46,411 nucleotides of DNA. Source: a virus. Lineage: Duplodnaviria > Caudoviricetes. The stretch is taken from IMG/VR virus record IMGVR_UViG_3300037461_001781, positions 1 through 46,411 of that record. One strand, given 5' to 3'. Below the pieces are notes generated by a model. That model had not been told where the DNA came from. It ran no database searches and worked only from the letters and a program-made list of their open reading frames with translations. Each line of letters starts with the position of its first letter. Positions within the stretch are counted from its first letter, which is position 1. Of this stretch, positions 46,001-46,411 are shown piece after piece. A program made the position numbers and the translations under genes.

Positions 46001-46411
46001 GTTTATTGTCAGATTGAGTCCAAATCTTACCATAGTCAGCGTCTGCCGTAGGCGCAGAAGCTTCGGCAATTGTAAGAATACCGTCTGCTATTGTAAGATC
46101 ACCGGCATTTGTTGGTGCTGAAGTTCCACCAGCAACTACCTGATCGTCCAACTTAATAAGACCCTTAGTCTCATTTGAAGTCGATTGAATCAAAAGACCA
46201 TCACTGGCACCAGTACCACCAATAAGAGTCTGACCGCCAGAGCGACCAGCAAGCAGCGCATACTGTGTGTGATCGTCATCACTTAGACCAGTAAGCGCCA
46301 AGCCGTGATCTAGTGTACCACCACCAGCGTTATCTTGATGATCATGTGTAGCATTAGTAAAATCTGCAATTGTTGGAGTTGTAAGAGTTTTGTTAGAAAG
46401 AGTCTGCTCGT
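43071..46411 (-). CDS. Large mosaic fibre/spike protein, 5' end beyond window (>1110 aa)
   Basis: Frame stays open upstream of the track's TTG to the window end (DEQTLSNKTLTTPTIADF...). Contains DDDHTQY repeats, a beta-helix, YadA-neck-like motifs, a DUF2793-like segment and shaft repeats. Confidence 0.85.
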   Translation of the reverse strand, partial: EQTLSNKTLTTPTIADFTNATHDHQDNAGGGTLDHGLALTGLSDDDHTQYALLAGRSGGQTLIGGTGASDGLLIQSTSNETKGLIKLDDQVVAGGTSAPTNAGDLTIADGILTIAEASAPTADADYGKIWTQSDNKLYFQDGAGTNHEVQLGGSITSAVTYYVDGDSGDDADDGLTPGTAKKTLAFLYSGDADALPREINAAVTVEVSGTVLAKTSSRHTTLDGFYGSGSITLNGATSDVITSQTVTGYDNTVTNDTYHSYVTVSGASWTVDEYKGKFIQFTASPSSTALYPILSNSATTLQTIGIPDISTSTVFKIVSVPLLKSATVADPNTLINISIFRLDNINLPSVTIKNLDFTGAQAINKSLNVFSTDSYVTFQNCSSLDFQVNISSNYVYFYRCYSYLSSSSGFSYAIDSKIVNFSGSVIGGNDTSAGFRASRNSNVRLDTTRISNQSVALDSNDFATFAIGNNCMFDSNVLALGTKCSEFIFGLGVGTNYIRFKDNTTALNLGGNRYRVFDNFNFIGTGNTVEVQVSDEVADTASFADINNEVKITNLSSGSYIQYLNATTKQPKTPAEYDNTSSGLSAINYQDAIDEVASDVSTYSDHGNLSGLSDDDHTQYILVAGTRAFSGNQSVGGFKLTNLAAATASGDAVRYDEFNDHTSASSSVHGVTGSVVGTSDEQTLSNKTLTTPTIADFTNATHDHQDNAGGGTLDHGLALTGLGDDDHTQYILVAGTRAFSGNQSMGSFKITNLADGSDANDAVNKGQLDSAISGLSWKNPAVVLKIKSDADQSETPPTAGSAGEAWVVNNWGGIYNDGDIIEWSGTAWVVIVANSGGEPPDGTRAVVIGASAAGSFAGYENDIATYSASGDSWSFEQVAENDALLINGDSSIYENSGYTYNGSAWVQFTGAGQINAGNGLTKDGNTLNVGEGSGITVSADAVAAKLESTGGLEIGSGSGIQIKINDTPDTLDVDLNGLKVVGVPSLFKINGTAVGASVTAANLDSVVDGSEVGSSRHIHNNIYYTETELGSTTGGSEGASLIGTDSKTNLGASTTVEGCLEDLNTKNPSKRSSGDGNPNGVVSGAVGDLYVDTTNDIPYVNVTGANTGWVVL
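44221..44371. repeat. Intragenic direct repeat, copy 1 (copy 2 at 46261-46411)
   Basis: 44266-44371 vs 46306-46411: 2 mismatches in 106 nt; offset 2040 bp. Confidence 0.95.
46261..46411. repeat. Intragenic direct repeat, copy 2, running into the window end
   Basis: Last 61 nt of the window are identical to 44311-44371. Confidence 0.95.

Noticed and set aside
515-46069. All + strand ORFs and short nested minus-strand ORFs in the track
   Set aside because: They overlap long, motif-bearing minus-strand genes and lack recognisable products; antisense or alternate-frame shadows.
46299-46301. TTG at 46301 as the start of the large fibre gene
   Set aside because: No SD, the frame is open to the window end, and the upstream codons repeat an internal protein segment.
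1-46411. Stop-codon reassignment as in some large phages
   Set aside because: Genes tile densely under code 11, and TAA, TAG and TGA all end genes at sensible boundaries.
40907-46411. Diversity-generating retroelement or invertible fibre shufflon
   Set aside because: Repeat mismatches are mostly synonymous and not adenine-specific, repeats are direct rather than inverted, and no reverse transcriptase or recombinase is in the window.
1-46411. tRNA, rRNA, introns or inteins
   Set aside because: Intergenic gaps are short and AT-rich with no cloverleaf-like sequence, and no intein or homing-endonuclease motifs were seen in the ORFs.

Overview
AT-rich window holding one uninterrupted, minus-strand virion morphogenesis region of a large tailed phage with a contractile tail (myovirus). 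In transcription order (right to left): a large mosaic fibre/spike gene cut by the window end; two fibre paralogs sharing an N-terminal anchor; small accessory genes; portal; degenerate MuF-like gene; prohead protease; acidic scaffold with a 36-bp VNTR; head decoration protein; HK97-fold major capsid protein; a protein carrying an IscB-type PLMP/RRXRR N-terminal domain directly behind a perfect terminator hairpin; holin- and spanin-like membrane genes; DUF5661-like protein; neck/adaptor, stopper and tail terminator; sheath; tube; tail chaperones joined by a -1 frameshift; two paralogous tape-measure-like genes (the second ending in a SleB-type cell-wall hydrolase); tube initiator; hub; spike; gp25; baseplate J; IPT/lectin protein; large wedge protein; and a >1040-aa tail fibre missed by the ORF track. 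Portal, protease and capsid motifs recall Bxz1-like (cluster C mycobacteriophage-type) myoviruses, from memory rather than a search. No terminase, endolysin, replication genes, tRNA, CRISPR or mobile element is visible. Standard genetic code. All family assignments come from motif recognition and synteny, not database searches. The strongest novelty candidates are the orphan PLMP domain paired with the capsid-operon terminator, the twin tape measures, and several layers of modular fibre/decoration architecture.
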